A DNA stretch of 64,000 nucleotides from NCBI GenBank assembly GCA_023231475.1, contig JALJEE010000715.1, forward strand, positions 1-64,000. Reading direction: 5' to 3'. This document shows, piece after piece, positions 1 through 11,621 of the stretch (positions are counted from its first letter, which is position 1; the number at the start of each line of letters is the position of its first letter). This DNA is from Seison nebaliae. Its lineage: Eukaryota. Below the pieces are notes generated by a model. It searched no databases. It was not told the DNA's origin and was given only the letters and a program-made list of their open reading frames with translations. The position numbers and the translations under genes were made by a program.

Positions 1-2024
1 GGATCTTGAGAACTAAAGACATTCCGTACAACTGTTTCGACGATGTTTTAGTAATTATCATATTCATTTTCACTGATCTAATAGTCATATATTTGTTGAA
101 TTTAATCTTATCGAATGTATTCCTTTCGTTATGCATATTTACTCTATATTTGTCTACAAACTCCTCCCTATTCGTGATATAATTTAAATCAAATAACAAT
201 TATAATTATCAGAGAGTTCACAATTAATAATTTTGACAATTATTTCTAATCGATTCATTTATTAGAATGAGTTGAATCAAAGTTTTGAATCAGTTTTATA
301 TACAAAATTCATTATATCATATACCCATTGATTTGAAATATATGAGTTTTCCTCCAATATAGACACTACCATAGTGCTAGGTAATAGAAAAAAATGCTAT
401 CATAATAAGCATTATTTTTTCATCTCATATTTTTTTTTTCGTTTCCCGCATATCGGATACTTTCATTGTCAGTTCACTTTTGTTTTGGTCGATTATACAA
501 TACATGTGGTTCATTGTCTTTTTTAATTGAATAATTTCTGATGATAACGAATCCATTTTATCGTATATTGCATGAAGTTGTTTGCCGATCTCAGCATTTT
601 CATTTTCAATCGTTTTTGATTTCTGGAGCAGAGAAGAAGCAGGAAAAAGAAAAAATGGTTTTGAAAAATAATTGAAAATTTAAATTCGTAATGTAAATAA
701 TCGTAAATAAATTTAACGAAAATTCAATAGAAAAGAATGTTGTTCAAATTGAAATTATTGTGGAATGAAAAATACTTCATAAGAGAAAAGAAGGACGTTC
801 TCATTCAGGAATTTGTTCATAACTTGCAAGGTCGCGTTGTTTCCGATTATTATTAAGTTTTCCGTCTATTACATATATGTATAATATGAAAATGAAAATT
901 TTGATATAATTTTAAAAACGAAACTTTTCTAGGCATTGGTGATGAGAAGAGCGAAGAATAGTTTCTATTAGCGATAATTGCGCTACCCTACCAAAGAATC
1001 GAATATATGTCGCTTCCAATATTCGAAAATTTTCATTAATCAAATTTAAAGAAACTTAAGTTGATTCATTATAAATTCTTCCTATTTGTTGTTCAATTTT
1101 ATGCTCGTTCTTATATCTTTTGCTATTAATACGAATTAATTCGCTAATTCACGAACGAAATACCTTCCTCTTATTATTAGTATAAGGGTTTTCAATTGGC
1201 TCGTTCTCCCTTTGTGCGGACTCGGTTCGTTACTATTCGTCTCTTATAGTTCATTCCTTAGAATGGACCGAACATACAATAACATCATCCGGTGCCTCAT
1301 TGGTTGCTTCCGGCGAATTAATCGAAATCTGACTTTCGCAGTCACTGAATTCATTCCCCATTCTCTACTGTCGACGCATCATTTGGGTTCTTATCTCACA
1401 TCTTTACTCTCATCCAACGTCTAGTGAAATCGAAACTTTCGGTTTTTTCCCGCACGATCCTATATTATTGATTGCACCACTCACATCTATTCACGGAATT
1501 TCGTGAGTTCATCTCATCAGTGTCCCGGTTACGTGACGGTCAGATACCTACCCTAGACCCTAGACGAAAAATCGCATCTCCGCCCAAACTTGTCCCTTTA
1601 ATTTCGCTTCTTTCCTTTTTTTTCCTTTTTCTTTTTGTATTTTTTTCTCCCCTCTTTCTTACTCAAATAAATTAAAATAAATAAACAAATATATCAAAAT
1701 GATGATGCATGCTTGATGATATTATTCAGTTCAATCAATTATTATTATACTGGTTGGTCCAGGTGTGTTTGTTCATCTAACCATTATTTGCAATGTCTTT
1801 TATTACAATTTTAATTTTTTCTTCATTTCTTCATTTCCTTCTTATATTTTAAATCTTTGAAATAGAACTCTAAAAAACAACAATCATAATTAATTGCAAT
1901 TAAAGTGAAATGAAGTAAGCATTAATAACCAATTATTGTACCGCTCATTGATGGCCTTCGTACTATAACATCACATCTTTAAATATTTTCAGATGTATTA
2001 AATTATATCTCATATTAGAGTCTA

Positions 2025-2707
2025 GGACATAAGAGCCGCGAGACAAAAGAGCCACGGCACAAAAGAGCCACGAGACAAAAGAGCCATGGACATAAGAGCC
2101 ACGAGACAAAAGAGCCACAGATAAAAGAGCCACGGACAAAAGAGTCACGCAGACTTTGATTTTCTGAAATTTATTGATTGAAAATAAGTAAAACACAGTA
2201 TATAGCTGTATAGGATTGTCATGTCTGGATTTTTGTTTTCCAAAATTTACAGAGGAATCGAATCTTATCAGTTTGGAATTAAACTATTTCAAGATAAAAA
2301 ATATACTGCATTTCTGTTAAGAAATGAATTAAAATTGTTGAAGACATTCTTTTGTATAGAGATAGAATATAGAGACTAGGAAGAGGGATATTTTCCATAA
2401 CCGATATTTTTAACCAATTTATTTTATTCAGTCTTTTTTAAATCTCGATGAATTTCATGGACTTTTCTTTGTCGAAAACGAATAAGGGAAAAGAATTGTT
2501 GATCTATCACAATTATGATTATCGTTTGAAGCATATATGGAAAGATAATTGTACAAAATCGTGGATTTGTACGGTCAAGAATTGCAAAGCGAAGATCGCA
2601 TTTAATAGTAAGAATAGTAAATATCGCATTTTTAGAAGTCTGTCTGGCTCTTTTGTCCATGGCTCTTTTGTCCATGGCTTTTTTGTCCATGGCTTTTTTG
2701 TCCATGG
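2025..2707. mobile_element. Non-autonomous foldback-type Mutator-like (MULE/Phantom-like) element relic with a truncated FLYWCH ORF
   Basis: Left array 2025-2155 has ~8 copies of a 15-16 nt unit (GGACAAAAGAGCCAC). Right array 2637-2707 has ~4 copies of its reverse complement (GGCTCTTTTGTCCAT). The internal ORF from 2448 (SKTNKGKELLIYHNYDYRL...KSWICTVKNCKAKIAF) fits the FLYWCH pattern without the final H-x-H. No TSD found. Confidence 0.65.
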
Positions 2708-2759
2708 TTTTGGTGAATTTCCTACCACTTCAAATTCTTCTATGTCGTGGTATTTTTTC

Positions 2760-3055
2760 ACTCTGTGATATGTTTAACAAATCTGACTCACTCTCTAGTC
2801 ATCCTTCCGACATCCATCCTTTCCACACCCACACCTCACATACACTGTCAGATACTACGGGTTATCTCCAAACATTTCTCTAACCGATTTGAAAAATTTC
2901 ATCTCAACATACAATTCCACCTCAACTCTACCTATCAACCGCGATTCCCTCGATCAATTACGCCTTTTTATTGACACAGAGGAAGACAGTAATTTTTTTT
3001 TCTCTTTTTTCTTCTTTATCCCGACGGGAATTTTAAATCAATAAATAATATTATA
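2760..3055 (+). mobile_element. Possible 3' end of a degenerate non-LTR retrotransposon
   Basis: Frameshifted peptide remnants (LCDMFNKSDSLSSH / TPHIHC / DSLDQLRLFIDTE) resemble a LINE ORF2 C-terminal CCHC region. They are followed by TCCCGACGGGA and an A/T tail. A 27-nt tail segment is repeated exactly at 34423-34449. Confidence 0.35.
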
Positions 3056-3545
3056 TATTATATAACTAAACTTTCATTGATAACTCATATGTATAATTTA
3101 AGAAAAACAAATTATTTTTAACATTCTCGAATTGATTGACATTAACAAAAATCCTAAAAAAGAACTAGTGAAATAGAAATTTCAATTGTTTTAGAAGTTC
3201 ATTCAATTAGGATAGAATTAGGAAGAAATTTGTTTTGTTTAATATTTATTTTGGATGTGAATGAATTCTAAAATTAGTAAAACTATATTATCCGATAATC
3301 AATATGAGTCTTGTTGACTAATATGGTGATGAGAAATAATTTCTTTCATCTGAAAAAAGAAAAAAATAAGAATCGAAAGAATTGGATTTGCATGAAAATA
3401 ATTCATAGATGAAGATGAAAATGAATGACAATTACCATATATATATATATATATATATATATATTGATATTTATATATATTGATAAGAGAAAACTTCTGA
3501 TAATAAACTTGTAGGTAAAAGAGAGTAAAATAAAATTTAAAATTT

Positions 3546-5333
3546 TTATACATAATATGCTCTCGAATCGATTAATGATTTGAGTATGAGATCCTCATGA
3601 ATTATCATATCGCAACAACGACTTTGATTGATATTTTCACCCGTTCTTCTTTTCGGTGTCTTCTCCAATTGATTATTAACATGAAGTCTCTTAAATCGTT
3701 TGACATCGGGTGAAAAAGGATTAATATGAAATTGTTCTCGATTATCTTGTTCGGCTAGACAATCTCTCATCATTTGAGGTAGATTCTTCGACGCATCCCC
3801 AATAAAACAATAATCGCAATTCATCAATCTTGGATGAAATAATTGAGGTGGTTTCATAATAACGGAAATCATTGTTCTCGACACATTCAACGCTTCATCC
3901 ATATCATTATTATCACATTGACAAATTTCGTTTCTAACTGCCACGAAACTGCTCCGTAATTTTTGAATTAATGCCAATAACATTTCACCGTTGCCGCTGG
4001 CAAATTCAGTCGTTTTCGCCAATAAATTCTTCGACATTCGTTCCACCAACTTCTTCTTTCCATCACAACACATATTACCCAATGTCAATGATTGTGACCA
4101 TAATTGTTGAACGGCTAAATTGAAACAAGCTACAGCTAAATCGCTAGGCTTACAATGAGTAGTGATGAATTGAATCATGGCTAATTGAATAACGGCATCG
4201 ATCTTCAATTTGAGATCACTATTGAATGAAGTTTCATGTCGAGGTGATTCTCGTTGTCTTTTCAAAAACGTTAAAATATTCAAATGACAATTCCGTATTT
4301 GTTGTGATGCCATTGATTGATTTTCTTTCGACATTTCCGAACATTTCAATTGTTCTTCCAATTCGATCAGATAATTCGATTCTTCATCGATTATCGATAA
4401 AATCTCTTTTTCATATGCAGCGATTAATGGATCGATAAAATCGTAGATAGTAATACCAGATATATCCCATTGTAAAACAGTCAAAATTAAATTTTCCATT
4501 TTCATCATCTCTTTCAAAGTGAATGCAGCGTCCGTATAAACCACTAACCGTTCTAACGGTATTGGGAAAACACATTTAATTTTCGAAGCAATTCCAATCG
4601 CAGCTGATGCCAATAATTGTAATTGTGAATTAGCTATCGGTTGTTTAGCAAGTACTCGATCGACAATCGTTATCGTTAAAACGATCACTTCACATGGCAT
4701 TTTTTCTTCGAGGAGAACTTCTTCGATCCATCCCATCAAAATTCTTCTCATATCGTTCGTGAGACTCTTTTGAACAGTTCCAATATATGATCGTTTACCA
4801 TCACTAACAATCGCTCGATAACCATCCTCCACATACTTCATACAACTCACATTACGACGACATAAAGCGTATCTCAATATCGTATCATTTACCGGTTTTA
4901 CTGTTCCATTATCTACAGCATTTACTCGATTTTTTGTTAAACTGATTTCATTCGTCTCTTTCAAAATTCCATTATTCGTTTTTTTCACTTGATTCTCATC
5001 ATTCTTAATATCATCATTTTTCCGTTCTGCAAGTTTTTCAGTCGATTTTTCTATCTTCTTTTTTGTCACATAATTCTTTATCGTGTCCATTAACGACTTC
5101 TCCCGTTTAGCATTTGCCAATGGATATGTATATTTTCCCTTCTCTCCATTAATTCGACGCGTTTGTGTCTTTCGTACAGACGACGATTTCTTTATCTCTT
5201 TCCGAATATTTCGAGTAGTAACACGAACCGTATTCGTCCTTCCTATTCCGCTGCGTTTCGTTAATCTCTTCCCACCTACTCCCAATGCATTAGTAGCGGC
5301 AGCAGCAGTGGCGATATTGGTAGAATTTGTCAT
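3546..5333 (-). CDS. CCND: D-type cyclin with long basic N-terminal extension (595 aa, intronless)
   Basis: Cyclin box MRRILMGWIEEV...DRVLA...LQLLASAAIGIASKIK...LVVYTD...MENLILTVLQWD, closest to the cyclin D pattern. Confidence 0.85.
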   Translation of the reverse strand: MTNSTNIATAAAATNALGVGGKRLTKRSGIGRTNTVRVTTRNIRKEIKKSSSVRKTQTRRINGEKGKYTYPLANAKREKSLMDTIKNYVTKKKIEKSTEKLAERKNDDIKNDENQVKKTNNGILKETNEISLTKNRVNAVDNGTVKPVNDTILRYALCRRNVSCMKYVEDGYRAIVSDGKRSYIGTVQKSLTNDMRRILMGWIEEVLLEEKMPCEVIVLTITIVDRVLAKQPIANSQLQLLASAAIGIASKIKCVFPIPLERLVVYTDAAFTLKEMMKMENLILTVLQWDISGITIYDFIDPLIAAYEKEILSIIDEESNYLIELEEQLKCSEMSKENQSMASQQIRNCHLNILTFLKRQRESPRHETSFNSDLKLKIDAVIQLAMIQFITTHCKPSDLAVACFNLAVQQLWSQSLTLGNMCCDGKKKLVERMSKNLLAKTTEFASGNGEMLLALIQKLRSSFVAVRNEICQCDNNDMDEALNVSRTMISVIMKPPQLFHPRLMNCDYCFIGDASKNLPQMMRDCLAEQDNREQFHINPFSPDVKRFKRLHVNNQLEKTPKRRTGENINQSRCCDMIIHEDLILKSLIDSRAYYV

Positions 5334-6314
5334 ATCTTCTAATCAATAGAATTATCGAATGCGATTAATATAATTGAATCGATTAGATACAGAATAATAA
5401 TCTAAGAATGATTTAGGAAATAAAAAGATATTTTAAAAATAGAAAGAAATTGTGGAGAAATATTTATAGTGACTGTTGAAATGATGAGCAAACAATAAAA
5501 ACAATTAAACAATTTCGTGCACGTCAACAAGTAGTGAGCGCCGCTATCGTCATCCATCTATATAAACGTCTTTAACGAGCCCGTCCCATTCTATTTCGGC
5601 AAAAGGATTATTACTTTCCATTTGATAATTCAAACAATGAATTGACATTTCACATTAAACGATGTTGTGACGGGAAGAACTTATCATTCAATATCTTTAA
5701 ATTTCCTTCTTATTATTAGCTACTACATTACTTCGCCGAATCATCATATCATATCAATTGTCAAAAATTGATCTTGTTTCAAACAGAAAATTCTATTCGA
5801 ACCATTCCTAAAATAGATAGAAATGATGAGCATGTTAAATGGTGCACATTTGGGGAGAAATGAGTGCACTTGAAAGATCTTTGAACGAAATTATGAAATC
5901 ATCTCAATTTTCTGCCACTCAACATTCGTCACAACCATCACAAAATATCAACTTTCTCTCCATCAATTTGAAGTGATTACGATAATGTTAAGATAAATCT
6001 CTCGTGAATCTTTATGAAGTGGGACGAGATTGAGAAAATAAGAATGGATTTACTTGAAAAATATTTCAAGATAATTCCAGTGATTTTTTGAAACTCATGA
6101 AACTAAAATCATTCTAGAAAATAGTTTAAGGAAATTATAAATGGAAAAAGAATTTTCTTTAATTTTTAGCATTGAATCCAAATCGACATATAAAAAAAGA
6201 ATTCTCTTCTAAAAGAATTTTTGTAAAAAAAAATCAATAAAAATTGTAAACTTCTCAACATTCGACTTCTAACGAAATAGTGTTAATACAATTAAAGGGA
6301 ATTGTGAGAATAGC

Positions 6315-6324
6315 TTTTCCCGCC
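6315..6324 (+). promoter_or_regulatory. E2F-type site about 1 kb upstream of cyclin D
   Basis: TTTTCCCGCC matches TTTSSCGC in a locally GC-richer patch. Motif match only. Confidence 0.3.
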
Positions 6325-9300
6325 CGATCACTTCCCTTCAATCCACATCCGTCATCACTCCCAATGTAATGGCGCCCACTACTAGTTCAGCGGTTAGTTA
6401 GTGCAAAAAACGATGAGAACTAAAAATTCTTGAAAAGAAAAATGTCAACGATTCGAAACATTCTTATTAACGGCAAATCTTAAAACAAATATAGAGAATC
6501 TATAATAAAAACGAGATCTCATTACAGAAGTTGCCGATGCAAATTCTGTTCCCCTCCATCTCCCTCGATATCGGTCAATCTAATCTCATATCGATATTCT
6601 CATCTCTCTGTCAATAAGAATAGTGTTTATATTCTTACATCATTGATCGACGATGATAAACAATTCATTCGATCAAATTAATTATGCAATTGTCTTCACT
6701 CATCACCGACTTGTATTATCTTTCCTATTTTTCGTTTGATTCGATTTGTTCGATGGAGAATTTATGTTAATCAAAAAAATAAAATTTTTAATTTCCCATC
6801 AAACAACTCCACTGTTGGATGTTTATATGAAAATAGAAAATTCTTATTCGTTTAAAAAATTCTAAGAAAACTTCACAAAAAATCTAAAAAAAAATTTTGA
6901 TAATTCGAAAAATTCTGGAAAGGAAAATTTCTTTTTAAACATTTTTTTGGAAGATTTTAACGAAGAATCTAAAAGAAAATTTGTTGGAAATTTAACGAAA
7001 ATTTTTCGTAGATTTTCGTAGTTCGGAACTTGATCACCATTTCCTAATTAACGTCCGAGAGTATTAGTTGAATGGAATTATTGATTTTTAATGACGCATG
7101 TCAAATGGATCATCTGATATTGACACGTTCACCGAAAATGTGAATTTGGTGCTAACCGATCGACTGTTACATTCCATTCACAATGCCACTGCAAATAATT
7201 ACAATTCCATTAACTTATTAGAAGAATAACAAATATTTCCTACCTAATGATTTGAGGAGAATGAATTGAGACGCCCAAAAAAATTCTTTTAAAATAATAA
7301 AAATCAATTTCCTTCCTCCTCTCTTCTACCTTGGGATGAGATTAAGAAAAATAGAGAAAATTCCGTTGAGAATATCATAATCACATTTGGTGCACTTCTT
7401 ACGTGAGTGACATGTGGAAGATAAATAAAAAATTAATCTATATCGATAACTAATCGATATTATATAATTTCTGACTGACATATTCGTGAAATGAATAAAT
7501 TGAATAAACTGTTCTTAATGACAATCATTCAGAAATCTTATTAAAAAAAATGTGTGAAAAAAAAGGAAGAAAAAATTATTTGTCATGGTGAAGGAAATTG
7601 AATGGAAAATGTTCGTTAGGAAGACAAAAGAAGAATGAAATGTTTAGTTAAAAGAAAAATTATGCAGATCGGATAAAACGATAAAGATGAAATGATTCAA
7701 GGAAGGAACCGTTGAATGATATTCTTGACTTCGATCGATGAGAATCACCGGCACGAAAATCAGATAAATATCTGTCACAGTTCATGGAGAATGGATGAAG
7801 ATTCTTTCATTTAACATCCGACATATTATTCAACGGATTCGGCATGAATAATTGTTTCGGATGGAGTAGTCGATTGTCTCATAAAAACGGAGATCAGACC
7901 ACAAATTTCGGCACCACCGATGCTCGATGATGTATTGGAAGTACTTGTGCAAACGATAATAATAAAACTATTAAAAATTGAAAATTGTTCGAGAAGATCA
8001 AATAGAAATTATCTCTCTTACCGACCATCTACTGTTTCACAGATACCTCAATTGACACTATTTCTCCCGCAAACCAAAAACAATTTAAATCGATCATGCA
8101 AAAGAAAAAAATTAATTTCTTCTTCCTGGAACTTCGATCAACTTCAATTTATATTCGACTCAATGAAAAATCTTTTTTCGCCTCTAAAGTTTTTTGCACT
8201 ACTCTATATCGAGATGAATGTTGATGAGCAAGTGATAAGTGCTCAAGTCAAAGATAAGTTATCTTTTAATGCGAGAAAAATTAAAGGATGGTGATGATGA
8301 TGATGATTAGAAATTAAGAAAAGAATCAGATTTAAAAAATTTAGTTTTGTTAAACAATAAACATTTTGAATAAAGAAAAGAGTTTAAGAAATATTCTTAA
8401 AAAGAATTTCTTAAAAAAAATAGTTGATTTTTGCTTCTTTTAACGATGGAGAAAAGGAGAGAGAATGATATGAAATAAAACGAAGGTGAAAATGAATTCC
8501 AATGGTGATTGTTTACAACTTCAAACACACATTCCTTTTCTCCAAGTCCAATTGTTAGTGAAATTGATGCGGCAATAAAAAGAAAGGAAATGTCTCACTA
8601 ATACCCGATTGAAGAAGTTGAATAAAAGATTGGATAGACAGATAGTGCAATTAGATATGCAAACAAGAAGTCCATTCGGAACTGGGAAGACAGTGTCAAA
8701 AATTATTAATTAGACAATTCAAAGTACAGAAGTGTATTTTGGAAAAGAAGACAAGAAAATTTACATCGAACGAAACTTTTTCTTATTCTTTTTTTTTGAC
8801 GTTCGTTAGTTGTAAACACTAAACATAAAACATAAAGAAATCATAAGAGAGGAGAAAGTGGTTGGGATTTAACAGAAAGTCGAATGTTAAGGACATGTCT
8901 CAGGTGGAGCAGATAGATTGGGCCAAACGGCTCAATTTAATTTCGACACCTGCAAATTAATTGTTGCACCTCCTCTCATTGTTTCGACTCACGTAATCAG
9001 TGAAGGATTTGATCGAAACGTGTTATTAATTGAGAGATAAATATCTCCAAATGATAGAAGAAGAATTTTAGGACAATAAAATGTTGAGAAACTCAAAAAA
9101 TCATCAGATATGTCCCTGTGCACCAAAAGTGCACAATTAACATTGGAAGTGTATTGGTGAACTTTTGTTTGTCACATTGTCTTTACATTCGAACACAGAT
9201 CATAATAGATAGATTAGGATGATGGAGAAGAAAGAAGATGGTGGAAATGTGAAGTGATTAGGAATTGGTGGATGAGAAAAGAAAATATGAAAATTGTCAT

Positions 9301-10367
9301 TTTCTTATTTGTTTTTTGCACATGCTGAGATGGAATCACCTCTAATCTCCATTCCCATGACGATGTGGAATGATTAAATCACTTCTTCTGTAAACCTAAT
9401 TGAAAACTGAGCGTTAAGATGTGAAAATCTCTAAAATGACAACAAAGGAGAGTGTAAATGAAACTTCTTAAAAACCAAAAGACACAAACATACAATTAGT
9501 ACAATGAAATAATTCTCTTGCATTTCCTTTCTTTCATGGTCATATGAAGAGATATTATAAATTGGAAGAAATAACATTTCTCAAATTTTCCACTTGAGAG
9601 ATAAGAAGCAGATTTACTTCGTACAACCAAATTATAAGAAATAGCTATATATGAAAAATTGATTGTTAATGGATGAAATAAAATCTTTTATTATAGTGAT
9701 GAGAATTGTGAATTGAAATTAGGAAATCATTAAAACTAATAGTTCTCTTAATCAATTAGATTTTTATGTTAAATTAATTCGTTTAATGAACTCAAACAAT
9801 GTTAAACTGGAAAATAGACGCAAATTTCTTTATATGACAAATTTACAAAAGGAAAATTAAATTATTAAGAAAATAATCATAAAATCTAAATAATAATTAT
9901 TAATTTCTTTCATTTTTTAGGAATGATTTGAGATAAACTTTTTATTAATTCGAAAATTTGAGAATACAAATGATTTTATAAAATTATGAATGAAAGGAAT
10001 GATTTTGACGACGGTGTCGGCATTTTGAAATGAATGAAAATTGAGTGTGAAATGAGGTTTGGATGAATTATGTGAAAAATTTATAGAAAAGAAACAGTGA
10101 GAGAAAAGCTAAAATTGGAAAGTGGAGAAAAAATTTAAAAATTTAAAAAAAATTTTCATTTTTAATTATTTCGTCGATATCTGTCCACAATCTCATTTTT
10201 TTTTGTTTATACACTTCATTTCTGGTAATGTGAAATGATAAATAGTTTGTTGAAGTTCATTTGATTCAATTGATAAGACGCTTCTGTTGATGTACCTGAG
10301 TAATTAAAGTTCAGAAAAATTTTCTGTGTAAAAAAAGATAATTTCTCATTCTTTTTAGTCCAATCGA

Positions 10368-11621
10368 ATGGATAAGGAAGGTAATCGAATTGTGGTTTGT
10401 GATAATGGAACTGGATATGTGAAATGTGGAGAGGCTGGTTGTAATTTCCCTCAACACATCTTCCCGTCCCTAGTTGGACGTCCGATGCTGAGATATGCTC
10501 GACGAGTGGGAAATGCAGAAATTAAAGATTTGATGGTGGGAGAAGAAGCGGCGTCTGTTCGTCAAATGTTGGAGATATCATATCCGATGGAAAAAGGAAT
10601 AGTGAAGAATTGGGAGGACATGAAACATATTTGGGATTATACATTTAGTGAAAAAAAAATGAATATCGATTTTGATCGATCGAAAATTTTGTTAACTGAA
10701 GCACCATTAAATCCGGTACAAAACCGTCGAAAATTATTGGAAGTGATGATGGAAGAATATGGATTCAATGCTTGTACTGTCGCTATCCAAGCTGTTATGA
10801 CATTATATTCCCAAGGTGTCACCAGTGGTGTGGTAATTGATTCCGGTGATGGTGTGACACATATCTGTCCAGTGTATGAAGGTTTCGCTCTCGAACATTT
10901 GACGAAACGTTTAGATATCGCTGGAAGGAATATCACTCAATATCTGATCAAACTCTTATTTTCCAGAGGTTATGCATTCAACAGTTCAGCTGACGCAGAA
11001 ACTGTGAAGAAGATTAAAGAAGATACTTGTTATGTAGCGTACGATATTGCGAAAGAAACAAAACTCGCACTAGAAACGACGACACTTGTCAAAAAGTTTT
11101 TTTTGAAAATTAAAAAAAAAATTATTTTATTTTCTAAATTTCAAAATTGTCATAGATATAATTTACCGGATGGAAGACATATTAGAATAGCGGCTGAGAG
11201 ATTCCAAGCACCAGAATGTTTATTCCAACCGAATTTAATCGATGTTGAATCGAAAGGAATGGCGGAACTTTTATTTGATACAATTCAATCGGCCGATATC
11301 GATGTACGATCGAGTCTATATAATAAAATTTATTTGAGTGGCGGTTCTACTATGTATCCGGGACTGCCGTCAAGATTGGAGAGAGAACTCAAACAATTAT
11401 ATTTGACGAAAGTATTGAATAATGACGAGAGTCGATTGAAGAACTTCAAATTGAGAGTGGAAGATCCACCTAATCGGAAACATATGGTGTTTTGGGGTGG
11501 GGCCGTGTTCGCTAATTTAATAAAAGATATCGATTCATTTTGGATAAATAAACAAGATTATTTTGAGTTAGGTGTCGATAAATGTTTAGAGAAGTTGCAA
11601 CAACGTCGAATTTTAGGTTAA
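10368..11621 (+). CDS. ACTR2: Actin-related protein 2 (2 exons; intron 11096-11155; 397 aa spliced)
   Basis: [42 protein letters not shown]. The ORF-track insert [20 protein letters not shown] is a 60-nt in-frame GTT...TAG intron whose removal gives [18 protein letters not shown]. Confidence 0.97.
   Translation: MDKEGNRIVVCDNGTGYVKCGEAGCNFPQHIFPSLVGRPMLRYARRVGNAEIKDLMVGEEAASVRQMLEISYPMEKGIVKNWEDMKHIWDYTFSEKKMNIDFDRSKILLTEAPLNPVQNRRKLLEVMMEEYGFNACTVAIQAVMTLYSQGVTSGVVIDSGDGVTHICPVYEGFALEHLTKRLDIAGRNITQYLIKLLFSRGYAFNSSADAETVKKIKEDTCYVAYDIAKETKLALETTTLVKKFFLKIKKKIILFSKFQNCHRYNLPDGRHIRIAAERFQAPECLFQPNLIDVESKGMAELLFDTIQSADIDVRSSLYNKIYLSGGSTMYPGLPSRLERELKQLYLTKVLNNDESRLKNFKLRVEDPPNRKHMVFWGGAVFANLIKDIDSFWINKQDYFELGVDKCLEKLQQRRILG

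Noticed and set aside
1..1600. Minus-strand coiled-coil-like fragment (ENAEIGKQLHAIYDKMDSLSSEIIQLKKDNE) and other broken ORFs
   Set aside because: Possibly a decayed retroelement, but no diagnostic domain.
2025..2155. Short regular repeats resembling a CRISPR array
   Set aside because: Units are contiguous with no unique spacers, the context is eukaryotic, and an inverted partner array indicates transposon arms.
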